A stretch of 64,000 bases of DNA. It comes from Octopus sinensis. Its lineage: Eukaryota. The notes under the pieces are model-generated. The model saw only the letters and a program-made list of their open reading frames with translations. It made no database searches and was not told the origin of the DNA. The stretch is from positions 99,324,001 to 99,388,000 of the forward strand of contig NC_043004.1 in the NCBI RefSeq assembly GCF_006345805.1. Reading direction: 5' to 3'. A program made the translations under genes and the position numbers. Of the stretch, positions 1 to 12,244 are shown in pieces. Each line of letters opens with the position of its first letter. The first letter of the stretch is position 1.

Positions 1-626
1 CATTTTAAAGACATCTGTATCCACCCCATGCAGGTCTTTCAGGTTCTTCGGGAGGATATTGAAGAGCTGTGGGCCTCGGAAGCCCAGGCTATCACAGTAT
101 CTTGTCCTACATCTTGATGGCAGGTTTGGAGTCCTAGGCACCACGCAGTGGCGCCCAGTTCTGGCATTTGCGTAACTCTCGATGCCAAAGTTCAGGACAC
201 TTCCCTCCAGGATCTTCCAGATGTATATTATGGCATATCTTTCCCGCCTACGCTCCAGGGAATATAATTTTAATCTCTTGAGTCTTTCCCAGTAGCTTAC
301 ATTCTGCATAGAGGCTATCTTCTTTTGTAGTTTCGTTGGATCGCCTCAAGTTCTGTGATCAACTTGACACTGGATGGTGACCATAGCTGAGAGCAATAGT
401 CAAAGTGGCTTGGGACAAGTGTCTTCCAGAGGACCATCATGGTTTCTTGTTCTCTTGTTCTAAAGTTCTAAGAATCCATCCAGCCAGCCGTCTACATTTC
501 ATTGTCAGTTTAGCAACATGTACATGAAAGGTCGCGTCATCACTCATGTGAATACCCAGGTCACGCACTGATTGTGCCTCTGGGATTGCAATCCCTCCGG
601 TCCAGTGTATTCATTGGGTATTGCAT

Positions 627-1451
627 TCAGTTTTGCATGCTGATAGTATAAGCTTGAAACTTTCCAGCATTGCACTGCATGCTATTCTTTTCAGCCCACC
701 TGTATATTTCGTCCAGCTCACATTGCAGGTGTTTAGTGTCCTCAGGGTTTTGTATTGCCTGTGAAACTTTTTTATCATCTGCATAACTTGTGATCGTGGC
801 TCTCTGCGTGGCTGAGGGCATGTCTGAGAGGGCCATTATGAACAGTAGTGGTCCCAGAACAGTGCCCTGCGGAACACCGCTCACTATTTGTGTGTTAATG
901 GAGGTGGCCCCATTGGCTACCACCACCTGACTTCTATCCTTCAGAAAGTCATGAAGCCATTCTCCCAGTTTTCCAACTATGTTGAGATCACGCAGTTTGT
1001 GACATATCATTCCATGATCGACTTTATCAAAGGCCTTTGCAAAGTCGAGATATATCACTTCCACATTTGAGTGGTTGAGCAGCCGTTTCAGCACCCAGTC
1101 ATAGTGTTGTAGGAGCTGAGTTAAACAGCTTCTCCCTGGTCGGAAACCATGTTGGGTGTCGGGCAGCAAGTCATTCTCTTCAAGGAAGGTGATCAGCTTC
1201 CTTCTGACTATTTGTTCCATGACCTTGCTGATGTGTGAGGTCAGAGAGATAGGTCTATAGTTCTTGGCTTCCGCTCTGCTACCTCCTTTATGAATGGGGC
1301 ATATTTTACCTTCCTTCAGTTTTCCTGGAAGTTTGACAGCTGCAAGGAAGCTCTGAAAGAGGAACTGCAGTGGTCTTGCTAGGACTCTCTTACATGCTTT
1401 TAGGAGGATTGCCGGGAATCCATCGGGGCCAGTAGCTGAGTCTGTTTTCAT
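627..1451 (-). pseudogene. Reverse transcriptase domain of LINE ORF2 (fragment)
   Basis: Motifs GPDGF, NYRPISLTS, QHGFRPGRSCLTQLL, YLDFAKAFDKVDH, SGVPQGTVLGPLLF and YADD. Confidence 0.97.
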
Positions 1452-1519
1452 TTCATCTATAGCCTTTGTTACATCGTCTTCCTTTGTATCGATGTAATCT
1501 ATCGCCGCCGCCTCTAATT

Positions 1520-2287
1520 TTATATCTGCAGTGGTAAAAAAGTCAGTTGGATTGGTGATTTGGAGATGCCCAGGGTGGAGTGAAAACTCTTGAATTGCTC
1601 ATTCAGTATTTCACTTACCCTCATTGGTTTTCCTGTAAGTGTGCCATCCTTTTCGAGGAGTGGCCCTATTCTACAGTGCACTGTAGCTGTTTCTTTGGCA
1701 TACCTGTAGAAAGCTCTGGGGTTAGATTTTATGTTTTCTATAGCCCAGGCTTCTTTGTCTGCTCTTTCTTTTTCATGGGAGAGTTGCAGACATTTTTCGA
1801 TTTCCACAGTTTTTAGTTTTAGGCGGGACTTTTCACTGCTTTCAATCTGTTTGTTTAGGCGATTTGAAAATTTCGTACGCCGTCTCATTAAAATTTTCCT
1901 CTCTCTGGGGATTTTGTTCTTGTGTACAGTGGCCTTTCTCTCTGGGACACATTTGTAGCATATGGCTTGCATTACAGACATGAATTGTTGAAGTTTCACG
2001 TCGATGTCTGGCGAGGAGAGACATTTAGGCCAGTTTTGTTTGAGGATCTCTTTCTCAATTTGTTTCCAGTTTGCCTTATGGTAGTTCAAGCTGGAAAGAT
2101 TTTGAGGGTTTCTTGTAGGCTGCATGTCCGTGCTCTCTTTTGGCCCGTACATGGTCAGCTCTATCATGTTGTGATCCGAGAGTAGTGTCGGTGTCACTTT
2201 CACATTATGGATGAGATCCATGTGATTTGTGAAGCAGAGATCTAGTGTGTTACCTGCCCTGGTTGGTTGGAGTATTACCTGCTCCAT
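1520..2287 (-). pseudogene. LINE ORF2 endonuclease C-terminus and EN-RT linker (fragment)
   Basis: PTRAGNTLDLCFTN ... LSDHNMI closes the APE domain; NYHKANW and KSNPRAFYRY are typical linker motifs. Confidence 0.9.
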
Positions 2288-2342
2288 GTACAGGGTTTGA
2301 TGAGGTTCAGGAGGGACCTCGCCTGTCCTCGTTCACATCTTG

Positions 2343-2866
2343 TCATTCCTGGGAGAGAAAGGCCCTCGGCCATCTGACATTGGGCAGATTGAAGTCTCCC
2401 ATAAGAAGCACACCTATGTGTTGTTCTAATGTGGTTAGAATTTCTTCTATTTTTATAAGGCAGTCTTCAAACTTGCCCACATGGCTTGGGGCATCTGGAG
2501 GGCGATATGTAGCACACACAACTACATCAAGTTGCCTAATATGTACAATTAGTGTGTCACACACCGAGTTTGAGTATGACAAGAGGACCTGGGGTGTGAT
2601 GTCCTCACGGATGTACATAGCAACACCTCCATGACTCCTTTCTTTCCTGTCGGTCCGTAGTACAGCATACTGTGGTATGTGTAACTCCGCATCTGCTATG
2701 TCCGGTTTCAGGTGCGTTTCTGTAAGTGCTATGCATAAGGCTTGATTGCATGCAACAAAGTCTCTCAGGAACGGGATCTTTGTCCTGTTACTGAGTGTTT
2801 GCAGTCCTCTGATGTTCAGTAGGAGTATCGAGGTGAGGTGTACGTTGTTGCCGGCGGTGTCCATCC
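2343..2866 (-). pseudogene. APE-type endonuclease domain of LINE ORF2 (fragment)
   Basis: LLNIRGL, ALTETHL, RTDRKERSHGGVAMYI, YRPP and MGDFNLP motifs. Confidence 0.95.
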
Positions 2867-3727
2867 TGTGTCTGTTTGCTGTGGTGGTCTGGTATATAGT
2901 GGGTAGTCCCACCTGTGGGCTTGGGTTTGATGAAGCCAGGTCAGCTGCTGTACAATCTTTTGTGCCATGCACAAAAAAGATTGTTGCTCAGCAGCTGCTC
3001 TTTCGACAACATCATGTTGGCTGTTTGTGGCGCGCACAACATCTGCGTACCTCCGCTTTGGGGCAGGTGGTGCGTGGTCCATCCCTTTTCTTTGTGTTGA
3101 TGGTTTGTCCATCTGCCTCGTGTCTCTGTGGCAGGGTCCCCGATGTGCAAAGCGGCAGCCTGCACCTTCCTTTCCATGCCAGCAGGAACCTCTCAGGTAG
3201 AACATACACACCCGTGTGCGCTGTTTGGTTCCATCCTTTGCGGTTCCACTTCTATTCCTGGTTGTTTCACTCTTTGGTCCTGCTTGAGCTTTTTCTTTTC
3301 CTTTAGCTCTTCCAGTCCTTCTTTTAGTTCTTCTTCCTCCCTCTACCTCTTCACCGGGTTCTCCGTCTCCATGTCCCTTGCTGCCGGTTGGAGAACTTGC
3401 ACCTGGGTTCACTTCCCGGGCAGGTTTCTCATTTAAAACCTCCTCCGGGCGTCCACCAGGTGGGGGTGACTTCTTTCATCGTCTCCATTCTTGCCATCTT
3501 TGCCCCGCTCGTTCTCAAGATGGCATCAAGTGCGCCAATGTGCGCGACCGTACAAGCGCATATGAGCGCACGAATTCCTGTCTCTTTCGCTCCATCTGAG
3601 CCGCTGTCCTCTTGTAGCCTCTGCTCTTCAGCGCAGCCGCAATCACCTCGCTAGGGCTATCTCCGCCGGCGCACTCCCATGCTCGTACGAATAAATCCAG
3701 CTCGTCACGTCTCCATGCTCTGGACAT
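2816..3727 (-). pseudogene. LINE ORF1, frameshifted: Myb/SANT-like (trihelix) N-terminus plus CCCH zinc finger
   Basis: 3515-3727 encodes W-x3-E...IAAALKSRGYKRTAAQMERK (Myb/SANT-like pattern, by eye). 3143-3208 encodes CMFYLRGSCWHGKEGAGCRFAH (C-x7-C-x8-C-x3-H). Confidence 0.75.
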
Positions 3728-3784
3728 GCTGGATAATCCGTCTATCCGTTTATCTATCTAATTATGTTCGAGAGAAGACAGGAA

Positions 3785-5005
3785 AATATTAAGGCTAATT
3801 AGAAGATAGAGTACTTGAAAAGAAATATTAACAATATTAAGTTGTGTAAAAACGTTATTTGGGTAAAAACGTTATTTAATCTTAAGGCTAATTAGGGATA
3901 GCGTATCTGAAAATGATTAGCAATATTAATATTATATTAGAGTGTGGATAAAAACGTGGTTTAATCTTAAGGCTAATTAGGAGATAGAGTATCTGAAAAT
4001 ATATTAGCAATATTAATATTATATTAGAATGTGGGTAGAAAAACGTTATTTAATCTTAAGGCTATTTGGAGATAGAGTATCTGAAAATATATAGCAATAT
4101 TAATATTATATTAGAGTGTGGGTAATATTAAACGTTATTTAATTTAATCTTAAGGCTAATTAGAAGACAGAGTATCTGAAAAATTATATATACAATATTA
4201 AGCAATATTAACCGTTATTTAATTTAATCTTAAGGCTAATTAGAAGATAGAGTATCTGAAAATATATTAGCAATATTAATATTATATTAGAGTGGATAAA
4301 AACGTTATTTAATCTTAAGGCTAATCAGGAGATAGAGTATCTGAAAATATATTAGCAATGTTAATATAATTAGAGTGTGGGTAATATTAAACGTTATTTA
4401 ATTTAATTTAATCTTAAGGCTAATTAGAAGATAGAGTATCTGAAGAATTATTAACAATATTAAAACAAATTTAAACGTTATTTAATTTAATCTTAAGGCT
4501 AATTAACAATAATTATTAACAATATTAAACAATATTAAACGTTATTTAATTTAATCTAAGGCTAAGTAACAATAATTATTAACAATATTAAACAATATTA
4601 AACGTTATTTAATTTAATCTTAAGGCTAATAACAGTAATTATTAACAATATTAAACAATATTAAACGTTATTTAATTTAATCCTAAGGCTAATTAACAAT
4701 AATTATTAACAATATTAAACTTTATTTAATTTAATCATAAGGCTAATTAGACGTTATTAATATTAAACGTTATTTAATTTAATCTTAAGGCTAATTAGAA
4801 GATAGAGTATCTGAAAAATTATTAACAATATTAAACAATATTAAACGTTATTTAATTTAATCTTAAGGCTAATTAACAATAATTATTAACAATATTAAAC
4901 AATATTAAACGTTATTTAATTTAATCCTAGGCTAATTTGACGGTATCAATATTAAACGTTATTTAATTTAATCTTAAGGCTAATTAGAAGATAGAGTATC
5001 TGGAA
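3785..5005. repeat. AT-rich tandem minisatellite, about 17 units of 50-100 bp
   Basis: Anchor AACGTTATTTAAT(TTAAT)CTTAAGGCTAATT recurs at about 3883, 3968, 4057, 4151, 4231, 4316, 4415, 4494, 4557, 4621, 4684, 4738, 4785, 4863, 4927 and 4974. Confidence 0.92.
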
Positions 5006-5181
5006 AATTATTATATCGAGAACAGATATTGAAAATTAAACAAACAAAATGACGATCGCAACTTTAACTAAGATGTGGGCCTAAGTGAAAGATAAAATAG
5101 AATAATAAATAAAATATGAAATAGATGAAATTGATACTTAATCCAACAATGTGGTCTGGATTATTATTTTTTTTTGGTTTA

Positions 5182-5234
5182 ATAATAATAATAATAATAA
5201 TAATGATGATAATAATAATAATAATATAATAATA

Positions 5235-5287
<53 letters not shown>

Positions 5288-5288
5288 T
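5182..5288. repeat. (AAT)n microsatellite
   Basis: Direct reading. Confidence 0.97.
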
Positions 5289-5289
5289 T

Positions 5290-5560
5290 GCTACCTAATT
5301 CAGATACCAGGAAACCCAAAAATGGCAGTAATTCAAAAGATAGTGCTCATGGCAACTGCTCATAGCCTACGCAAAATACTTTCTATGTAATCTCAGAATT
5401 TAAAACAAACATAATTTTCTTTTTTTTTGGACATTCACTAGTACAACACAAAAAAACAGCCAAATATATGGCAGACTAGGCATAACAACAACATGAACTT
5501 CCAATCTGTTGTCTCTTGAGGTCTCTGGGTGAGACTTGGAGCCAACTTGTACAAATATAA
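5290..5560 (+). mobile_element. R4/Dong-like RLE LINE 3' end (short fragment with 3' UTR)
   Basis: Encodes IPGNPKMAVIQKIVLMATAHSLRKILSM-stop, the typical C-terminus of RLE LINE ORFs. Confidence 0.7.
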
Positions 5561-5935
5561 AGCAAAAGTCAAGGCGGTTACAATACCGGTGATCGTAGGA
5601 GCACTAGGAATGATCAAGAAGGGAACCGAAAATTATATGAGAATGATCCCTGGCTTACCATCCTTGCAAGAAGTGCAAAAGATTGTCTTAACTGGTACAT
5701 CACACGTATTGAGAAGAATATTGTCGATGTGAGAACTATTACTACCCATGTATTTTAATTTAACTTTATTTAAAAAAAAAATGAACGAACTAGTGAGTTT
5801 AGTTTAATGGCCTACCAATGTATACTATGAGTTTCTTTGCCCTAGGAGTCGGGGAGACACTCGGCAAGAAATGGAAGCAAATTTGAAAGAAGAAGAAAAA
5901 TAACAATAATAATAATAATTATTATAATAGATAAT
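5561..5935 (+). mobile_element. Second R4/Dong-like RLE LINE 3' end with (AAT)n tail
   Basis: VTIPVIVGALGMIKKG...LPSLQEVQKIVLTGTSHVLRRILSM-stop, then a 3' UTR and AAT-rich tail. Confidence 0.8.
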
Positions 5936-6182
5936 AAGCTTTACAAAAAGAAATTACTATTGGGATAGATTTGTTCAACTAAAATGCCTCAAGATGGTGC
6001 ACAGGCATGGCCACAGTCTAATTACTAAAACATGCATATATATACATGCATATAATATAATTATAACATTTATTTCAAATTTTGGGGCAAGGCCAACAAG
6101 TGATGGGGTGGGTGCAAGTCTGTTGCATTTTGACCGGTGCGGTAAAGATTCTGCCAGCACGCCGCCTGTAATATATACTCTT

Positions 6183-6571
6183 CTACTCTTTTTTATTCTT
6201 TTAGTTGTTTCAGTCATTTGACTGTGGTCAAGCTGGAGCACCGCCTTTAGTCGAACAAATCGACCCCAGGACTTATTCTTTGCCGAACCGCTAAGTTACA
6301 GGGACGTAAACACACTAGCATCGGTTGTCAAACGATGTAGGGAGGGGGGCAAAGACAGACAAACAAACATACACACACACATACACACATATGTATATAC
6401 ATATATACAACGGGCTTCTTTCAGTTTCCGTCTACCAAATCCACTCACAAAGCTTTGGTCGGCCCCAGGCTATAGTAGAGGACACTTGTCCAAGGTTCTA
6501 CGCAGTGGGACTGAACCCGGAATCATTTGATTCGTAAGCAAGCTAATTACCACACAGCCACTCGTACGCCT
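6183..6571 (-). mobile_element. tRNA-derived SINE family A (head GGCGTAGGAGTGGCTGTGTGGTAA, internal microsatellite)
   Basis: Homologous to copies at 9731-10133, 37128-37544 and 63519-63865. Pol III A/B box-like head. Confidence 0.85.
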
Positions 6572-6639
6572 ATATATAATATTCGCTTCTACTCCTACGC
6601 CTATATATAATATTCTATTCTCCGCTAGACACAAGGCCC

Positions 6640-6830
6640 GAAGTTTTTTTTGTTGTTGGGGTCCGGTCCATTAAATCAATCCCAGTACGCAAATGGTACT
6701 TACTTTATCGACCCCGAAAGGACGAAAAGCAAAATGTGACCTCGGCGGAATTCGAACTTAAAACGTAAAGCCGGATAAAATACTGCTAAGCGTTTCGCTC
6801 TGCATGCTAACGTTTCTAGCACCTCGCCTT
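6640..6830 (-). mobile_element. SINE family C (GGCGAGCTGGCAGAAACGTTAGCA head)
   Basis: Reverse complement matches the copies at 18182-19085. Confidence 0.75.
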
Positions 6831-6834
6831 ATAA

Positions 6835-6901
<67 letters not shown>

Positions 6902-7752
6902 ATTTATATGCATATATATGTATATGTATATGTTAATTTACTTCATGGACTCCCGAAGAAGCGAGAAGATATTTTCTTGCCACGTCTTATAGTAAAGAAA
7001 TACATATATTTCAGTTTGTAAACTAACCTTGTGACAATGGATTTCGAACTGCAAACCAGATGAGCAAATAACCTAGCAGTCACCTCCTATATCTAGCAAG
7101 TGATACCTTACGTAAGACCAGATCTGACATTTAGTTCCACCTTTGAATAAATAAGCCACATTTCTCTTCTGAAAGAACATTTTTATCTATACGCCATTCG
7201 CCACTAGAGGTATCAAGGTTATTAAGTCAAGCAAAAATTATTTCTGCTACCAAAATATTGTCACTAAGAAGTATGATGTGTCTGCTTAAGGAAAATGTTC
7301 TTCCGTAGATAGAAATTACCAAAGTTTGCAAGTGTCTTATGTGGTCTGTGTAAATGAAAGTGTGAGAATCCGATACTATCTTAGATAAAGAAACATTTTC
7401 ATTACAGTACAACGTGCCTTCTTGTTCAAAATAAAATGGAACTTAATGTAACGGTAAACTACATAAGCCGCATACATATAATTATACTTCACAATATGTA
7501 TTGAATAACTTTCCTCTTTTTCGTTGTAAATAACGTATATCTACGTGTGAGTGTCATTTTCTCTTGCTTGCTCTTTCCATCACTGTATATACACATATTC
7601 GTGTGTGTATGTGTGTGTGTATGTGTGTGTGTGTGTGTGCGTACGTATGCGTATGTGTATGTGCGTGAGGTGCAGCTGCGTATTACGTATATATATTTAT
7701 TTGTGTGTGTGCATATATGTTTATTTCTGTACATAAGCGAATAGATTCACAG

Positions 7753-7791
<39 letters not shown>

Positions 7792-8565
7792 AATAAAGTC
7801 AGAGACACAAATACATATACATATATATATATGATTACACACACACACATACACACACACACACACTCACTGTACATACGTGGCACATACATTCACATAC
7901 ACATAAATAAGCAAACTGAACGACATACACAGATACAAAACTGATTAAAATGGCTTTCCGTGTGAATATACTACGTTGCATGCGATGCCAAAACCAGATA
8001 AATACACTGCATTGCAGCACAAAGGTGCATGCAATATGCACTATTGCCCATTTACACACATGCCATTCTCCACATTTGTCTCTTTTAGAACACGTCTAAC
8101 CTCACGAAGATTTTCGAAACTATTATTTTTTCTTTTCCTTCTTTCATTTGCGCTTAATGTTACATCCCTCTCCTTTAGACACTGAAAACGTGTGTGTTTT
8201 GATGTTGCGGTTGTTCTCGTTCGCGTCGTTGTTGCTGTTGTTGTTGTTGTTATTATTATTGTTGTTGTTGTTGATGATGATTATATGGTTGTTTGATAGT
8301 GTTGCAGTTATTGTTGTTCTTATCCCTGTTGTAGCTGTAATGGCTGTTATGCTTATTGCTGCATCTACCGTGATTACTTTAAGTTTTGATTTGTTTTTGC
8401 CTTTACTGACGACGACGACGACGATGTTGTGTTAAAGATGCTGACCGTGTTGTTGTTCTTGCTGTTGTTGTTACAGCTATTGTTTCTGCATTCCTTACAG
8501 CTGTTGTTGTTATCATTTCTGATAAAGCTATTGTGTTATTGTAACTGTTGTGACCATAGATGTGT

Positions 8566-8950
8566 GGAGGCGCAATGGCCCAGTGGTTAGGGCAGCAGAC
8601 TCGCTGTCATAGGATCGCGGTTTCGATTCCCAGACCGGGCGTTGTGAGTGTTTATTGAGCGAAAACACCTAAAACATCCACGAGGCTCCGGCAGGGGATG
8701 GTGCTGATCCCTGCTGTACTCTTTCACCACAACTTTCTCTCACTCTTACTTCCTGTTTCTGTTGTACCTGTATTTCAAGGGGGCCGGCCTTGTCACTTTC
8801 TGTGTCACGCTGAATATCCCCGAGAATTACGTTAAGGGTGCACGTGTCTGTGGAGTGCTCAGCCACTTACACGTTAATTTCACGAGCAGGCTGTTCCGTG
8901 GATTCGGATCAACCGGAACCCTCGTCGTCGTAACCGACGGAGTGCTTCCA
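8566..8950 (+). mobile_element. tRNA-derived SINE family B, full length
   Basis: Head GGCGCAATGGCCCAGTGGTTAGGGCAGC...GGTTTCGATTCCC has A and B boxes. Homologous copies at 9167-9535, 23380-23584 and 35850-36178. Confidence 0.9.
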
Positions 8951-9166
8951 TGTTACCATAGATGTTGTTTCTGTTGCTGTTATAGCTATTGTTTTTCTTA
9001 CAGCATTTTTCATTTCTGTTGTGATTGCCATCATAACTGTTACTTTTGTAATGTTTTCAATGCCATTCCTTTTGTTGTGGTTATTGTTGTTGCTGCGTTA
9101 TAGAGCTTATTTCTGTTGTGTTTACTGTTGTTATTTTGGTTGCCATACCTGTTATTACTATCGTGT

Positions 9167-9535
9167 TGGAAGCACTCCGTCGGTTACGACGACGAGGGTT
9201 CCGGTTGATCCGAATCAACGGAACAGTCTGCTCGTGAAATTAACGTGTAAGTGGCTGAGCACTCCACAGACACGTGTACCCTTAACGTAGATCTCGGGGA
9301 TATTCAGCGTGACACAGAGAGTGACAAGGCCGGCCCTTTGAAATACAGGTACAACAGAAACAGGAAGTAAGAGTGAGAGAAAGTTGTGGTGAAAGAGTAC
9401 AGCAGGGATCACCACCATCCCCTGCCGGAGCCTCGTGGAGCTTTAGGTGTTTTTCGCTCAATAAACACTCACAACGAAACCGCGATCCTATGACCGCGAG
9501 TCCGCTGCCCTAACCACTGGGCCATTGCGCCTCCA
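9167..9535 (-). mobile_element. tRNA-derived SINE family B, near full length
   Basis: Reverse complement of 8566-8950 at high identity. Confidence 0.9.
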
Positions 9536-9730
9536 CACTATCGTGTATAATCTCATTGTTATTATAGCTGTTATTACCGCTGTATTTTCTGTTCTTCTTT
9601 TAGCAGTTGTTTCTGTTTCGTTTTCTGCTCTCATTCATTTTGTAGTTGTTATATTACTGGTATCGTCCTTCATGTTAAATCTCTTCTTTCCATTTTCATT
9701 ACTGTTGCTGTTTTATCATTGCTATATACT

Positions 9731-9930
9731 CTCTACTCTTTTACTTGTTTCAGTCATTTTGACTGCGTCCATGCTGGAGAACCGCCTTTAGTCGAACAAA
9801 TCGACCCCGGGACTTATTCTTTGTAAGCCCAGTGCTTATTCTATCGGTCTCTTTTGCAGAACCGCTAAGTGAGGGGACGTAAACACGCCAGCATCGGTTG
9901 TCAAGCAATGCTAGGGGACAACACAGACAC

Positions 9931-9962
<32 letters not shown>

Positions 9963-10133
9963 CATATATACGACAGCTTCTTTCAATTTCTGTCTACTAA
10001 ATCCACTCACAAGGCATTGGTCGGCCCGGGGCTATAGCAGAAGACACTTGCCCAAGATGCCACGCAGTGGGACTGAACCCGGAACCATGTGGTTGGTTAG
10101 CAAGCTACTTACCACACAGCCACTCCTGCGCCT
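9731..10133 (-). mobile_element. SINE family A
   Basis: Same head, body and tail as 6183-6571. Confidence 0.88.
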
Positions 10134-11123
10134 ATATAGCTGGTGTATCATTTGTAATTATCCTCATTGATGCTATAACTGCTCTAATTGCTGTTATGGA
10201 CATTTCTGTTTCAAATGCAGTTGTGTTTCTGAGGTTCTATTAAAGCTGCTGCAATATTCATGCTGTTGTCGCTGCACTGCATACAACTGTTTGCATTTTG
10301 GTAGGTTATTATCGTTGATAAGACTATAGCTGCCGTTGTCGATATTTAACTTCAAATCAATCATGATCAAATATATTAGACTAGATCTATAATCCAAGAC
10401 ACTTCAGCCTTGTCCTACTCTATATTTCAGACAAAAATGTAAATAGGACTACATCCATATGTCCTTTTAAAAACGCATTATATTTTTCGATTTGACCTAT
10501 GCTTCACTGAAATCCGACGACAGCATATAAGCTCTATTATTGTTGATCTAATTATTGCTGTTTTCCTTTAAAGCAGTGTTGTTGGCTGCCGAATTAATCG
10601 ACTCAATTATCTTCAAATTATTAAATTTGTTGCGTCGTGAAGTAAAAAGGGAAAAAATCGTGAAACTAAGAACGTAACCTACTTCCTAGTCCTGAATATC
10701 AGATAATCTTAGTTCCTTTCTCTCTATATGTGTGAAGATATATCTATTTTTTTTTTTTTGGTTAGGTAAAAATGAACGTTATTGTTGATTTGGTTTTGTT
10801 CGCCGTATATATTATCTAGGCTGTAGATATTGAGAATGAGCAAGAGATACTAAGATATAAGGATACAGAAACAAAGAGAGGAAAATATCAACAGGAAAGA
10901 CAAATAAAAAGATGATTACTGGTAGGTTGATAAGTGACAGAACTGACATAAATGAAAGGAAGTATAAAAACAATGCAGATAAGTTGCGTAAAATGTAGAT
11001 GCTAAGTTCTACTTTAATACGCATAAAAATACTTGATAGCAGAGTAAATAGATCTGATAGATACATACATGGATAGACTAAAATATACATACATAAATAC
11101 ATGCATGTGTGTATATATGGAGA

Positions 11124-11172
<49 letters not shown>

Positions 11173-11289
11173 TAATATATATATATATATGCATGAACAC
11201 AAACATACATACCTACATAAATAAATAAATAAATATGTATATATATATATAAATATATATAGGAGAATTTTTTGCGTAATGAGATAAAA

Positions 11290-11760
11290 AACCAAGGCTG
11301 TGTAGATATTAGAACACATATAGATAGAAGGTTTTACAGCTGTTTCCAGGATATTTATTAATTATATCCCTTCATCGGAGACGGTGTGAGAGGATGGTTA
11401 AGTAATAATTCATTTGGATGGGATACAAAATAGTGAGTGAGGTGGAGGAAAGAAAATAGATGCAAGATATGTATGGGCATTGAAGTTGTAAATCCATTTT
11501 TTTAGGCATAATGGTATAATGCAATATTCCAATACCTTATGAGAAAAATCCAACAGCATTTAAAGTTGATCTATAATTGATTTTGTTCGGCTCTATGAAA
11601 CTATTTTTTAAAAAATACTTCCGTCCATTGCTTGTAACAGGAAAATTAAAAAATTCTGAACCAAAGAGAGAAATTGTAACTTGGCAAAAAATATAAAAAG
11701 AGAAAGAAAAGGTTCTGCTTTCCAAAAGCCAAGAGGTGTGTTTTTAGCTTACGTGTTCTT
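11290..11760 (-). mobile_element. Penelope-like element 3' remnant with hammerhead motif at 11330-11385
   Basis: Minus strand reads CCGATGA-AGGGATAT-aattaataa-ATATCCTG-GAAAC-AGCT-GTA. Related to 43500-43955. Confidence 0.55.
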
Positions 11761-12244
11761 ATAATTAAAACAAATTCACAATTTCAATTTCAGAACATAA
11801 GACTTACCACGCCATATTGGTCGCAATTCAAATGGATACAAAATCTAAAACACATGTGTACATGTGTGTGGTTGGGTTGTTAATAACCAAGGGTCAGTTT
11901 AAGTTCAATCGCAGAAAGGAATTCAAACCGGCAACACACGCAATCATATACATATAAACGTATCCATACATACACTTCCACAAATACATACCTATCAGCC
12001 ACTCCCAAACCCCAGTTTGTTCGTGCTAAAATTTTGACCACCATTCACACTCATTCAGCTTTTCGCTCTTACTCATTACCTCTTTTTCATTTAGTCGTCC
12101 GTCACTATTCATCTACTTTTAGTTTTTCTTTGGGGGTTTCACTTTAGCGACACTAATTACGCATGATACCAGAAATTTGCCTGGTGTCGCTTAAGTGGAG
12201 AAAGTGTTTTAAGTTTTTGAAAATTTGAAACACAATGGTTTTCT

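Larger units (their letters stand above)
1..3727 (-). mobile_element. Non-LTR retrotransposon (CR1/L2-like group): ORF1 plus APE-RT ORF2, frameshifted, 3' end runs off the window
   Basis: Colinear ORF1, apurinic endonuclease, linker, RT and C-terminal SYWERLKRLKLYSLERRRERY (about 230-300) on the minus strand. ORF segments lie in different frames, so this copy is inactive. Confidence 0.95.

Noticed and set aside
3785-5005. Repeat array as a possible CRISPR
   Set aside because: Eukaryotic context. The inter-anchor sequences are themselves repeated rather than unique spacers, and there are no cas genes.
8566-8640. tRNA-like sequence
   Set aside because: It is the head of a SINE repeated four times in the window and continues into the SINE body. 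I could not fold a full cloverleaf.
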